The notes beneath the pieces were generated by a model, which did no database searches, was not told where the DNA came from, and was given only the letters and a program-made list of their open reading frames with translations. From Minisyncoccota bacterium (GTDB taxonomy: Bacteria; Patescibacteriota; Minisyncoccia; Phycocordibacterales; UBA9973): 64,000 bases of DNA. A program made the position numbers and the translations under genes. How positions within the stretch are numbered: position 1 is the first letter of the stretch; each line of letters begins with the position of its first letter. Positions 1-9,572 of the stretch are shown here, in pieces. Location of the stretch: NCBI GenBank assembly GCA_031291825.1, contig JARLIG010000009.1, forward strand, positions 65,281-129,280. Direction: 5' to 3'.

Positions 1-9
1 GAAAATATA

Positions 10-480
10 ATGACTTCACCAGAAATATTTTTAAACGAAGGAACGATGGGAAAAATAACGCGACCAATTTTTTGGTTAATCACCCAAATCGTATCAATAC
101 TACCCTGGAACCCAAAACCACGTGGTCATGTGGATTATTCAAAATATATAAATGTATCTGAATGGGACATCAGACGAAACTGGGCAGATATGAGCAACAC
201 CGGACTCCGAGCACATATGTACACCTTACGACATTCCTTTAAAAAGGAACAAGAATATGCTTTACAAAATATTTCTGTACCGACCTTAATCATTCATGGA
301 GAAAAGGATGGGATGGTGCCGGTTAAAAATATTCTCAGCCTAAAAGAAAAAATTCCAAACGCAGAAATGATAATTATTCCAAACGCCACTCATGATTCCG
401 CCCGCAATAACTCAAAAGAAATATCAGAAGCCATCGAGTCCTTCATTGATAAAAATAAGGCAAACTTCAAATTTTCCTAA
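10..480 (+). CDS. Alpha/beta hydrolase, C-terminal part (5' end probably outside window)
   Basis: PTLIIHGEKD...NATHD motif carries the catalytic Asp/His of alpha/beta hydrolases; the nucleophile motif is not in the window. Confidence 0.75.
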   Translation: MTSPEIFLNEGTMGKITRPIFWLITQIVSILPWNPKPRGHVDYSKYINVSEWDIRRNWADMSNTGLRAHMYTLRHSFKKEQEYALQNISVPTLIIHGEKDGMVPVKNILSLKEKIPNAEMIIIPNATHDSARNNSKEISEAIESFIDKNKANFKFS

Positions 481-507
481 AAACTACTTATTTGTTATAC
501 TATTCGG

Positions 508-1146
508 ATGCAGTCTTATAAAAAATATTTAACCGATAAAAGTTTTCTTATTTCCCTAGCAAGTGGGGCTGTTCTTTTGGGATTAAGTCTGGTAGCTCAA
601 TTTTTCATAAACGGCTATGTGACAAACGCTTCTAGTTCACCCGTCACGGATATTATCTTGAGTAACACTAGAGTCTATGACGTAGATGGCATATTTGTTT
701 GGGGGGCAGTCCTCTTAGCTTTTATTGCTGTTTTTGTAGGAGTTACTCACATTAAATGCATGCCTTTTGGGTTAAAAAGTGTGGCTGTTTTTGTTTTAAT
801 CAGGTCGGTTTTTGTCAGCCTGACGCATATTGGTCCGTTTCCAACACACGTCCTAATCAGCTCAACATTTTTCAACCGAGAAGCTTTTGATGGTATTTTT
901 ACTGGCAACGACCTTTTCTTTTCAGGACATACCGGACTTCCCTTTCTACTTGCTCTGATGTTTTGGGATGATAAAATGTTACGTTACATTTTTCTTGGAT
1001 TTTCTCTGATTCTTGGAACAGCGGTGTTGCTTGGGCACTTACATTACTCAATCGATGTTCTCTCCGCTTTCTTTATTACCTATGCGATTTTCGATATTTG
1101 TAAATTCTTATTCAAAAAAGATTGGGCCAGATTTAAAACAGAATAA
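508..1146 (+). CDS. PAP2-superfamily membrane protein, sphingomyelin-synthase-like
   Basis: About 6 TM segments; DLFFSGHT and HYSIDV motifs. Confidence 0.7.
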   Translation: MQSYKKYLTDKSFLISLASGAVLLGLSLVAQFFINGYVTNASSSPVTDIILSNTRVYDVDGIFVWGAVLLAFIAVFVGVTHIKCMPFGLKSVAVFVLIRSVFVSLTHIGPFPTHVLISSTFFNREAFDGIFTGNDLFFSGHTGLPFLLALMFWDDKMLRYIFLGFSLILGTAVLLGHLHYSIDVLSAFFITYAIFDICKFLFKKDWARFKTE

Positions 1147-1170
1147 ATTATAATTAATATATATTAAAGT

Positions 1171-2379
1171 ATGAAATATTGTAAAGATTGTGAACCAGCG
1201 CAAGAAAGTCATTTTATCGCGTATACTTCGGTTGTTTTGGGTTGGATAGATGAACCAATCTTTGATTTAATGGAGAAAATTTTTAATAATCTGGCAGAAA
1301 AAATTGGAGATTTAATAACTTTGCCTTTTTTTAGATTGATGGTTTTCTTGAAACTCGGACATTGGACGGACAAGCCTAACGCTAAAGACACTTGGCGCAC
1401 AAAATGTTTTTGGGATGAAGCAGAAAAACGTGGCATAAAAATGCGCGAATTTCATTTAGGTCCAATTGGAGATGGATTCGTTGCCGAATACAAAAGCCCA
1501 CGCCAAGGCGGGGTAAAAAAAACCATAACCTTTGATGGACTACCTCGTCCAGGATTTCAAGAATCAGCTGCCTTGAAGTGGATGGACAACAAAGGCACCA
1601 TGAAAATAAAATTCTTAAAAGAAGGTTTACCGGTAGCTCCTGGCGGAGTCGCTCTGACTCAAAAGGGTGCTCTTAAAATCTTTAACCGCATCCAAAAACC
1701 AGTTATCACCAAACCAAACTTAGGTTCCCGCAGTCGACATACAATGATTCACATCAACACGGAAGAAGCTTTGATAATCGGATTTAAAAAAGCTAAAAAA
1801 CTTTCTCCACTAGTGATAATAGAAGAAGAACTTCGCGGATATCTTTTTCGTGGAACTTTAATCGGCAAAAAATTGGCTGGAGTAGTCAGACGTGACCAGC
1901 CAGAAGTCACAGGCGACGGAAAACATACCTTGCATGAATTAATGGAAGAAGAAAATAAAAGACCAGAGCGTAATGGTCCAATATTCCACAAGATAACTAT
2001 TGATAAAGAAGCAGAGGAAGAATTAAGGAGGCAAAATATAAAATTGGAAGATGTCCCAGAAACAGGCAAGGTAATCACCTTCTCACAAAAAACTAGCCGT
2101 GGATGCGGAGGCATCACCACAGAGGTTACCGACATCGTCCACAAAGATAACGTAGAAATGTTAGAACATGTGGCAAAATTTTTGGACGACCCATTAATCG
2201 GCGTAGATTTTATAATTGAAGACATTACGAAATCTTGGAAGGAAGAACAGCATTGTGGAATAATCGAGTGCAACAGTTTGCCTTTCATTGATTTGCATCA
2301 CTACCCTCTTTTCGGCAAGCCAAACAACATCGCTGGTAAGCTCTGGGATTTAACATTGCCTGAATCAAAAGTCGCATAA
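1171..2379 (+). CDS. ATP-grasp ligase resembling the cyanophycin synthetase N-terminal half
   Basis: KPVITKP, GDGKHTL, GVDFI, IIECNSLP; no Mur ligase domain. Confidence 0.75.
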   Translation: MKYCKDCEPAQESHFIAYTSVVLGWIDEPIFDLMEKIFNNLAEKIGDLITLPFFRLMVFLKLGHWTDKPNAKDTWRTKCFWDEAEKRGIKMREFHLGPIGDGFVAEYKSPRQGGVKKTITFDGLPRPGFQESAALKWMDNKGTMKIKFLKEGLPVAPGGVALTQKGALKIFNRIQKPVITKPNLGSRSRHTMIHINTEEALIIGFKKAKKLSPLVIIEEELRGYLFRGTLIGKKLAGVVRRDQPEVTGDGKHTLHELMEEENKRPERNGPIFHKITIDKEAEEELRRQNIKLEDVPETGKVITFSQKTSRGCGGITTEVTDIVHKDNVEMLEHVAKFLDDPLIGVDFIIEDITKSWKEEQHCGIIECNSLPFIDLHHYPLFGKPNNIAGKLWDLTLPESKVA

Positions 2380-2410
2380 AATTAAAAAAAAACCGAGAAT
2401 TTTTTTAATT

Positions 2411-2908
2411 TTATGCGACTTTCTCTATCGTAATTTCTGATTTCGGATTAAAAGCATCTGGATCCATTTCAAGGTAAGATATTTGTTTTTTTTGTACCAC
2501 AAAATCTCCTAAAAATTTCAAGAAGTCTTTTGTTTTGTCTCCTTCCCCTTTTTCCTCCATATGTTCAAATGGGTGTGCTTCGGGAGTATATTCATAGTGT
2601 CCGCAAATTTCTCCATCTTTGTAAACTCGCAAATGATATTGGTCTTGAAAATCGGTCAACTTTCTCCAGCTCAATACTTGGTCTTCATCTATCCAAGCGA
2701 TAAAATGGTTACCAAAACCCCATTTTTCATTCAGATGATGTTTCAGCTCTTCTAGCGTTTTACCTGGAGCCAACCAGCCAATATGATATCTCTGCCTGCC
2801 TTTTTTATGCCAAATTATTCCTCTCTTTAAAAGGAATTGTCTAACAGGCAAAAAGAAGGTATAGATAACATCCCACGTTTTTTGTTTCACCTTATCGAAA
2901 AAATTCAT
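2411..2908 (-). CDS. Hypothetical protein
   Basis: 165 aa ORF with TGCTATATT -10 element just upstream. Confidence 0.7.
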   Translation of the reverse strand: MNFFDKVKQKTWDVIYTFFLPVRQFLLKRGIIWHKKGRQRYHIGWLAPGKTLEELKHHLNEKWGFGNHFIAWIDEDQVLSWRKLTDFQDQYHLRVYKDGEICGHYEYTPEAHPFEHMEEKGEGDKTKDFLKFLGDFVVQKKQISYLEMDPDAFNPKSEITIEKVA

Positions 2909-2944
2909 ACCAACAATATAGCACAGATATTAATTTTTTATAAA

Positions 2945-4549
2945 TTATTGAAAACTACAGTTATTATCTAACGGCAAAGCAAGAGTGTTGAAAATATTCT
3001 GACAAATATTTTCAATGTCAGGCGTTTTAGTAAAAGTGTGGTCTTCACCTGCGTATGGAATAAACTGAACATTTTTTCCAGCTGTTTGTAGTGCGTTGTA
3101 AAGTAAGTTTGCCTGCGACGGAGGAACAGTTTTATCTGCTTGTGATTGCATTAAAACAACTTTTTGATTGGTCAAATTAGAGATGCGGGAAAGAATTGAT
3201 GCTTTGGCATAGAGCGCCGCATTACTTTTTCCAGGCAGGCCACCAAAATCAACATTGAAGATGGAGGTTCTTAACAGCTTAAGCATCACCGCCCAATCAG
3301 TGACTCCATTAATTGAAATTGCGCCACTAAATTTTGCAGGGTAAGCCATGAGACTACGTAATGCCAAATAGCCACCATAGCTATTCCCTAGTAAATATGT
3401 GTCAGAGATGGACATGTCTTTTTTTACTACGGAAAGTGCATTGACCACATCTGTCACATCACCCTTACCGACATTTTTTAAAATTTCTTTCGAATAAGCA
3501 ACACCATAGCCATAGCTTCCGCGATAATCCAATTTCAAAACAGCAACGTTATTTTCTGCTAACTGATTTAAAATCAGATCGTAAACTGCGTAACTGGCGT
3601 AATCATGATAGCCCAAGCTTGTTTGCCTGTATGGACCACCGTGTAGCCAAATCACCAGAGTATGCGGTGAATTTTTATCAAAATTAAGTGGAGTCATCAA
3701 AACTCCATGCATTCCTCCACCAAAATATATATCTGCACTATTTACGTCTACCGTAGTATTATCAGGAACAATTCCGGAAAAATTTTGTATTTGATTAGTA
3801 GTAGTATTATAAAATTCTGGGAAAGAAGAAGCTCCCTTGATGACAAAAAATGTTATGCCAGTATTCCAATTTCTTATTTTGAAAGCATAAGAAGCATTTT
3901 CCGTAATTATGGATGTAATCTTGGTTGTAAAATCATATTTATATAAATCCCATTCATAAGGACTCGCTTTGTTGGAAATAAAATATAAATTATTGGCAGT
4001 GGCTAAGTCAAAACCATTGACGGTAGTAGACTTCGAAAAAATTTTAATTCCTTTAAAGGCCTTACCTTTGAGCGTCGTCAAATCAAGCGAATAAAGAACT
4101 GGGTAACCACTCGAATCATCTTGATAAACCATCCGTGTTCCATCTGGAGAAAATGACACAATAGTTCCCTCGTCGCCCAAGGTATCCCAAGAACTGAGTT
4201 TATAACTTCGGGTGTAGGTTTTACCAGTCTGGTTGTCTGTCAGATATAAAGTTCTGAGGTGAACATTATTTTTAAAAACAGAGCTAGTAGTATAACTAAA
4301 ACGAGATGTGCTAGGAGTTCCAGTCGGCAACGTCGGCTCGGTTTTTCCTAAATCATTACAAGAAAGTGTGCTGACAGTGCAATTATAATAATCTGGTGTG
4401 TCGGTATTTCCATATTTAAGGATAAAGGAATCAGTCGTTTGCGAGAGAATATCTCCATAAGTAATTCCTGTGGCAAAAGAAAGCAGCGGAGAAAAAATTA
4501 TCATTCCCAAAATAAGAAGCTTATATTTATATTGTACCAAAAATCCCAT
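2945..4549 (-). CDS. Secreted S9 (prolyl oligopeptidase-like) peptidase
   Basis: Signal peptide; HGGP, YRGSYGYG, GNSYGG nucleophile elbow, Asp in DKTV, His in EDHTF. Confidence 0.85.
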   Translation of the reverse strand: MGFLVQYKYKLLILGMIIFSPLLSFATGITYGDILSQTTDSFILKYGNTDTPDYYNCTVSTLSCNDLGKTEPTLPTGTPSTSRFSYTTSSVFKNNVHLRTLYLTDNQTGKTYTRSYKLSSWDTLGDEGTIVSFSPDGTRMVYQDDSSGYPVLYSLDLTTLKGKAFKGIKIFSKSTTVNGFDLATANNLYFISNKASPYEWDLYKYDFTTKITSIITENASYAFKIRNWNTGITFFVIKGASSFPEFYNTTTNQIQNFSGIVPDNTTVDVNSADIYFGGGMHGVLMTPLNFDKNSPHTLVIWLHGGPYRQTSLGYHDYASYAVYDLILNQLAENNVAVLKLDYRGSYGYGVAYSKEILKNVGKGDVTDVVNALSVVKKDMSISDTYLLGNSYGGYLALRSLMAYPAKFSGAISINGVTDWAVMLKLLRTSIFNVDFGGLPGKSNAALYAKASILSRISNLTNQKVVLMQSQADKTVPPSQANLLYNALQTAGKNVQFIPYAGEDHTFTKTPDIENICQNIFNTLALPLDNNCSFQ

Positions 4550-4599
4550 TTACAAAGTATAACACAGTGAGAAAAATGACTTCTGGAAGTGGTGAATAT

Positions 4600-5709
4600 T
4601 TATGGACACAATGCACCGCTTAGAAAAACTGACGTAGTGTGGCCTGGACTAACTGAATCCACACACCAATTTTCTGAATTCGGGTTTGAAAAATTTACTC
4701 CGACAGCAAAAGTTTTTTCACTATCTTTGCAAACAAGATTTGTTCCACCTATTTCTTTTAGTTGATTAAGTCCAACCTCACCTTGCTTTGATAGACAAAA
4801 TCCGGAATATGAGGGTGTACTTTGAGGAAGCTGAAAACTAGCTGCTTCCGCACGAATATTGTTTAAATTCGCCTGTATTGATACTTCTTGTTGAGTAAAG
4901 TCTTGGAGCTTGTTAGCAATCATCGTAAATGCGGTTGTGTTTGCAATACCTGATACGCCAAGTTGGTCACCAACTAGAATCCTATACCTGACTGGATTTT
5001 TTCCAATTTGTGGAATAAATGTAGCATTAGTAATATCAACGTACCAATTATTACCAGAGTTTGAAACAACTATTGTATTTCCTGAAACAGAAACTAGTGT
5101 ACCCACTAATTGCGTAATGCCATTATTGCTAGTAATAGTTGAAATAGGTGTATTCGGTGTCGGTGTTACAGAAGTTGTGGGAGTTGGAATAGGAGTTGTT
5201 TGTGTTGGTGGTTGAGTCGTAATTGGAGACGTAGTTGGAGTTGGGATAGTTATTGGATTTGTAGTGACTACTGCTTGTGGTTCCGTAGGTGTTATTACTT
5301 TACTCGGAAAAAACTTTTTTATAATCGGCAAATTTACTAACTTATCTTTATAATAATAAGCAGAGACTCCTCCACCCGCTAATAAAAACAATACTAGTAC
5401 AAGAAAAAACATCTTACCACCAGAATGTTTTTTTATTTGAACTGGAGAAGAAGTTATAGGTTGATTTATGTTTTTATAGGAAGGTGGAATAAATGTATTT
5501 GGAGTTGTTGAAGGAAGAACAGAAACTGGGGCGACAACTACGCTCGGTGTTATGGGAGGGATAGCAGCTGGAATTACAATTGCGCTAAATCCTTCTTGGA
5601 TATCTTGCGCCGTCCAGCCGTTAGCTAGAAGGTCGCTAGTAATTTTTTCTTTAGGTAAACCTTTTGATAATTGCTGCCTAATAAAGTCTAACAATTGTTG
5701 GTTGGTCAT
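4600..5709 (-). CDS. Single-pass membrane protein with Pro/Thr linker and pilin-like C-terminal domain
   Basis: TM FFLVLVLFLLAGGGV; P/T-rich stalk; C-terminal helix plus four Cys and WCVDS. Confidence 0.6.
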   Translation of the reverse strand: MTNQQLLDFIRQQLSKGLPKEKITSDLLANGWTAQDIQEGFSAIVIPAAIPPITPSVVVAPVSVLPSTTPNTFIPPSYKNINQPITSSPVQIKKHSGGKMFFLVLVLFLLAGGGVSAYYYKDKLVNLPIIKKFFPSKVITPTEPQAVVTTNPITIPTPTTSPITTQPPTQTTPIPTPTTSVTPTPNTPISTITSNNGITQLVGTLVSVSGNTIVVSNSGNNWYVDITNATFIPQIGKNPVRYRILVGDQLGVSGIANTTAFTMIANKLQDFTQQEVSIQANLNNIRAEAASFQLPQSTPSYSGFCLSKQGEVGLNQLKEIGGTNLVCKDSEKTFAVGVNFSNPNSENWCVDSVSPGHTTSVFLSGALCP

Positions 5710-5744
5710 GGCTTTATTGTATCAAAAATTTTTAGTCAATGCAT

Positions 5745-5834
5745 TGGCGGAGAGAGAGGGATTCGAACCCTCGGTCCTTTTAAGGGGACGACAGTTTAGT
5801 AAACTGTTGGTTTAAACCACTCACCCATCTCTCC
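5745..5834 (-). tRNA. tRNA-Ser with anticodon ACT
   Basis: GGAGAGA/TCTCTCC acceptor, G73, encoded CCA, long variable arm; anticodon arm ACAGT-TTACTAA-ACTGT (anticodon at 5798-5800). Confidence 0.9.
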
Positions 5835-5914
5835 AACATAAAAGGAGTATATCACATAAAAAATGGAAAAATAGTCTAAATATGCTAGAGTAATTAAGTT
5901 ATTAAAAGTCAAAA

Positions 5915-6003
5915 GGAGCCGTGTCAGAGCGGTCTAACGTACCTCTTTGCTAAAGAGGCAGGGGCTTCAAAACCCCTCGACGGTTCGAATCCGTCCGGCT
6001 CCG
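5915..6003 (+). tRNA. tRNA-Ser(GCT)
   Basis: GGAGCCG/CGGCTCC acceptor, G73, CCTCT-TTGCTAA-AGAGG, long variable arm, TTCGAAT T-loop. Confidence 0.93.
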
Positions 6004-6013
6004 CCCTAAATAC

Positions 6014-6037
6014 AAAAGCACCCCGTAGGGTGCTTTT
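6014..6037. terminator. Bidirectional intrinsic terminator
   Basis: AAAAGCACCC-CGTA-GGGTGCTTTT between convergent genes. Confidence 0.85.
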
Positions 6038-6040
6038 AGT

Positions 6041-6448
6041 TTATTTTGCTTTTTTCTTTTTAGCCCCGCCCGTACGGCTATGGCCGAGGGAAACTTTAGC
6101 TGGCTTTTTTACTGGCTTTTTAGCAGCACCTTTCCATTCTCCTTTTAATTTTTTTGCAAAAGCTTTAATTTCTTTTTCGTGGGCTACATATTCTTTGGCA
6201 TAGTTTTCTGAAACAATATCAACGGTCTTGTGATATATAGGCGTACCAACTTCTTTCGCCTTCTTAACTTCAACCTCTACTTCTTTCTTAATCTTTGTGA
6301 ATAAAGCTGAAGCCTTCTTTTGATGAGCTTTAGCTTTTGGTCCTAATAAATAATATGCTCCAGCGCCAGCTGCGCCAAGCGCGGCCACTCCAACTAAAAC
6401 CTTGCCACCAGATATTCCACCCTTTTTATGCTTTATTACTTTTTTCAT
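6041..6448 (-). CDS. YtxH-like Lys-rich membrane-anchored protein
   Basis: Gly/Ala-rich TM then LLGPK and a coiled coil; start placed at MKKVIK (6448). Confidence 0.55.
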   Translation of the reverse strand: MKKVIKHKKGGISGGKVLVGVAALGAAGAGAYYLLGPKAKAHQKKASALFTKIKKEVEVEVKKAKEVGTPIYHKTVDIVSENYAKEYVAHEKEIKAFAKKLKGEWKGAAKKPVKKPAKVSLGHSRTGGAKKKKAK

Positions 6449-6464
6449 ATTTATATTGATTTGA

Positions 6465-6505
6465 TTTTGCGAAATCATGTCGCGCAACCGTCCATTTAGC
6501 GCGAC
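6465..6505 (-). repeat. Family A ~42 bp hairpin repeat, copy 1
   Basis: TTTTGCGAAATCATGTCGCGC...GCGCGAC, also at 18993 and 60063. Confidence 0.85.
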
Positions 6506-6521
6506 CTTATTAATAATAATG

Positions 6522-6773
6522 TTAACTTTTTCGACTTTTCTTTTTTTTGCCAAAAAGAAATTTAAAGAAAATATTTTCTCTCATTTCACTCAACAACTCT
6601 TTGGTTGTGTCTCCGATGTTGTTTATATCTTTCTCAAACTTTTCCATAATTCTGGAAAAAGCTCCGGCCGCGCGAATTAAATAAATCAACAGGACCGCTG
6701 TTAAAAACCACAAAACTAGAAATCCAACCGAAGAGATGAAAAAGAAAACTTGTGATTGTAGAAGTGTATCCAT
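6522..6773 (-). CDS. DUF948/YtxG-like small membrane protein
   Basis: N-terminal TM plus amphipathic helix, upstream of the YtxH-like gene. Confidence 0.55.
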   Translation of the reverse strand: MDTLLQSQVFFFISSVGFLVLWFLTAVLLIYLIRAAGAFSRIMEKFEKDINNIGDTTKELLSEMRENIFFKFLFGKKKKSRKS

Positions 6774-6810
6774 GGGTGTATTGTACTCTGTTTAGTTATA
6801 TAATTCAAAC

Positions 6811-9006
6811 ATGGAACTCGCCGATAAATTAGAAACAAAATTTCGTTTGGACATAAACCAGAAAAAAGCCTTGCAACGGCTGAAGATTTTTTCAGTGGCA
6901 GATTTACTATTTCACTTTCCTACCCGCTATAGTGACATGAGCGAGATAAAGAACATTGCCGAGCTAACGTCAGGAGATATGGCAACGGTTTATGGAAAAA
7001 TTTCAAAATTAAAAACCAAAAAGGCTTTTCGTTCAGGTCGGCCAATGGGTGAAGGCGAGATTGAAGACTTGTCAGGAAAAATAAAAATAACTTGGTTTAA
7101 CCAACCATACCTAGCCAAGATGATTCATGACGGTGAAAGTGTAAAATTAACAGGCAAAGTCACGCAAGGCAAAAATGGTATTTATTTAGCAAACCCAGAA
7201 TCTGAAAAATTACCTTACATGCCGATTGATTCACATGATACTCTTTTTACCAAAGATAGTATTTCAAATGAGGGATTTTCTTATCCAATTTATGTAGAAA
7301 CTCGCGGGATTACCTCAAAATGGTTCTATCACGCGCTAGACAAAGTCTTTAAGGAAAAAACATTAGATACTATTGAAGACTACATTCCATCTGAAATTTT
7401 AAATAAATATCATCTGCCTACATTAAAAACCGCGCTCATTTGGATTCATAAACCAAAAAATAAAAACGACGCCGAGTCAGCTAGAAAAAGATTCGCCTTT
7501 GAAGAAGTATTTTGTATTCAGTTGGAACGTCAGCACGACAAGATGGAATTCCGAAAGAATAAATCTTTTCAAATTAAACCAACCGAAGAAGATGTTAAAG
7601 AATTTTTACAAAGATTTCCCTTTGAACCAACTAATTCGCAAAAAAAATCCATTGAAACAATTTTGGCAGACATGGCAAGAAACTTTCCAATGTCTCGCCT
7701 CTTGGAAGGAGACGTTGGCTCCGGCAAAACTGCAGTGGCTGCGACCGCGGCTTACGTGGCAGTGCAACAACGACCGGAAGATAAGAATGGTAAAATACAA
7801 ACTTTTGGCAATTTACAAGTGGGCTATATGGCGCCGACAGAAATATTGGCCACCCAACACTTTGAATCTTTCATCCAATATTTTAGACATCTACCAATCA
7901 ACATCGGGCTCATTACTGGCAGTGGTTGCCGTAAATTCCCAGCAAAAACAATCGGCCCCGCCAAGGACGGGGTAAATTGGACCACTATTTCCCGTGCGCA
8001 ACTTTTAAAATGGGTCGCAAGTGGTGAAATTCCAATTTTAATCGGCACTCATGCTCTGATTCAAAAAACTGTTAAATTTAAAAATTTAGCTTTAGTGGTA
8101 ATAGATGAACAACACCGTTTCGGCACTGCTCAAAGAAGAAAACTGGTCCGCAAGGATAATATTGCCCCACACCTCCTTTCGATGACAGCTACACCCATTC
8201 CCCGCACACTCGCGCTAACCATCTATGGCGATTTGGATTTGTCTCTATTAAGTGAAATGCCTAAGGGAAGAAAAGAAATTATTACCGAAATAATTACTCA
8301 GAATAAAAGGCTGGAGACTTATGAGAAAATTCGCGCCGAGCTTCAAAATGGCCGACAGCTTTATGTCATCTGTCCGAGAATTTTTGAAGCTGATGAAGAA
8401 GCAACATCTACTCAACTTGAACTGAAATCTGTCACCTCTGAAGCTAAACGTTTAAAGAAAGAAGTTTTTCCAGAATATGAAATTGGAATTTTGCACAGCA
8501 AAATGAGCAAGGAGAAGAAAGAGCGTGTGATGGAAGATTTTACTTCAGGAAAAATAAATATTTTATGCGCCACGTCAGTGGTGGAAGTCGGAGTGAATGT
8601 ACCAAACGCCACCATCATCATCATCGAAGGTGCAGAACGTTTTGGACTCGCTCAACTGCATCAACTGCGCGGACGAGTCATCCGTAGTTCACACCAAGCT
8701 TATTGTTATATTTTTGCCGATGCCAAAAGTGAAAAGACGATTGCCAGATTAAAAGCTCTAAAGACTGCCAAGAATGGTTTTGAGTTAGCGGAGTTAGATT
8801 TGACCCTACGTGGCGCCGGAGAGCTCGGAGGCACGAAGCAATGGGGCATCACCGACCTCGGAATGGAAGCAATTAAAAATATAAAAATGGTGGAAGCCGC
8901 TCGCACTGAAGCAGTCGCTTTGATAGAAAAAGACCCAGAGCTTTTAAAATACCCTTTGCTAAAAGCTAAGGTAAAACAAAAGACATCTGAATTCCATTTC
9001 GAATAA
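6811..9006 (+). CDS. recG: ATP-dependent DNA helicase RecG
   Basis: GDVGSGKT, DEQHRFG, MTATPIPRT, QLHQLRGRV. Confidence 0.97.
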   Translation: MELADKLETKFRLDINQKKALQRLKIFSVADLLFHFPTRYSDMSEIKNIAELTSGDMATVYGKISKLKTKKAFRSGRPMGEGEIEDLSGKIKITWFNQPYLAKMIHDGESVKLTGKVTQGKNGIYLANPESEKLPYMPIDSHDTLFTKDSISNEGFSYPIYVETRGITSKWFYHALDKVFKEKTLDTIEDYIPSEILNKYHLPTLKTALIWIHKPKNKNDAESARKRFAFEEVFCIQLERQHDKMEFRKNKSFQIKPTEEDVKEFLQRFPFEPTNSQKKSIETILADMARNFPMSRLLEGDVGSGKTAVAATAAYVAVQQRPEDKNGKIQTFGNLQVGYMAPTEILATQHFESFIQYFRHLPINIGLITGSGCRKFPAKTIGPAKDGVNWTTISRAQLLKWVASGEIPILIGTHALIQKTVKFKNLALVVIDEQHRFGTAQRRKLVRKDNIAPHLLSMTATPIPRTLALTIYGDLDLSLLSEMPKGRKEIITEIITQNKRLETYEKIRAELQNGRQLYVICPRIFEADEEATSTQLELKSVTSEAKRLKKEVFPEYEIGILHSKMSKEKKERVMEDFTSGKINILCATSVVEVGVNVPNATIIIIEGAERFGLAQLHQLRGRVIRSSHQAYCYIFADAKSEKTIARLKALKTAKNGFELAELDLTLRGAGELGGTKQWGITDLGMEAIKNIKMVEAARTEAVALIEKDPELLKYPLLKAKVKQKTSEFHFE

Positions 9007-9007
9007 T

Positions 9008-9565
9008 CTATTTATAGTTAGGTTTAATTTCTTCTGCACCTTCAATATGGCTAGAAATTCTAGCTAGGGCATACAGCAAACTGGAAAGACGATTTAGATA
9101 AGTCATGGTCTCTGCACTGACAACAACTTTGCCTTCTTCTTTCACCGCCACCACTCGTCTTTCTGCGCGGCGGGAGAGTGTACGAGCGACATCAAAAAGT
9201 GCTCCCTCTTCCGTCGCTCCGCTTAGAAAAAAACTTTTGATTGGCGGCAAAACTTTTTCAATTTCATCAACAATACTTTCAGCTTTGGTTATTTTATCTG
9301 CAGTAATGCTTAGCGTAGAGCCAGCCACTTCCGCTTGCACGATAAATAAATTCTGTTGAATATCTAAAACAACGTCTGAAAAACTATTTGCTCCGAGAGC
9401 TGTTTTAAAAATCATTCCTGCTGTTTTCGCGCGGACTAAACCCAAAAAAGAATTGGTTTCATCGAGGGAACCAAGCGCTTCCGCCACAGAAGAACTCTTG
9501 GAAATGCGTTGGTCGCACCCAAAAGTCTTCGTTGTACCACCATCCCCTTTTCGTGTGTAAAGCAT
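9008..9565 (-). CDS. pduO: ATP:cob(I)alamin adenosyltransferase, PduO type
   Basis: YTRKGDGGTT, GSLDETNS, RRAERR, YLNRLS. Confidence 0.92.
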   Translation of the reverse strand: MLYTRKGDGGTTKTFGCDQRISKSSSVAEALGSLDETNSFLGLVRAKTAGMIFKTALGANSFSDVVLDIQQNLFIVQAEVAGSTLSITADKITKAESIVDEIEKVLPPIKSFFLSGATEEGALFDVARTLSRRAERRVVAVKEEGKVVVSAETMTYLNRLSSLLYALARISSHIEGAEEIKPNYK

Positions 9566-9572
9566 CGTTTAA

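Noticed and set aside
5552-5815. Short ORFs overlapping RNA genes (also 15943-16282, 20364-20582, 54445-54782)
   Set aside because: They overlap tRNA, tmRNA or the 6S-like RNA and have no protein motifs
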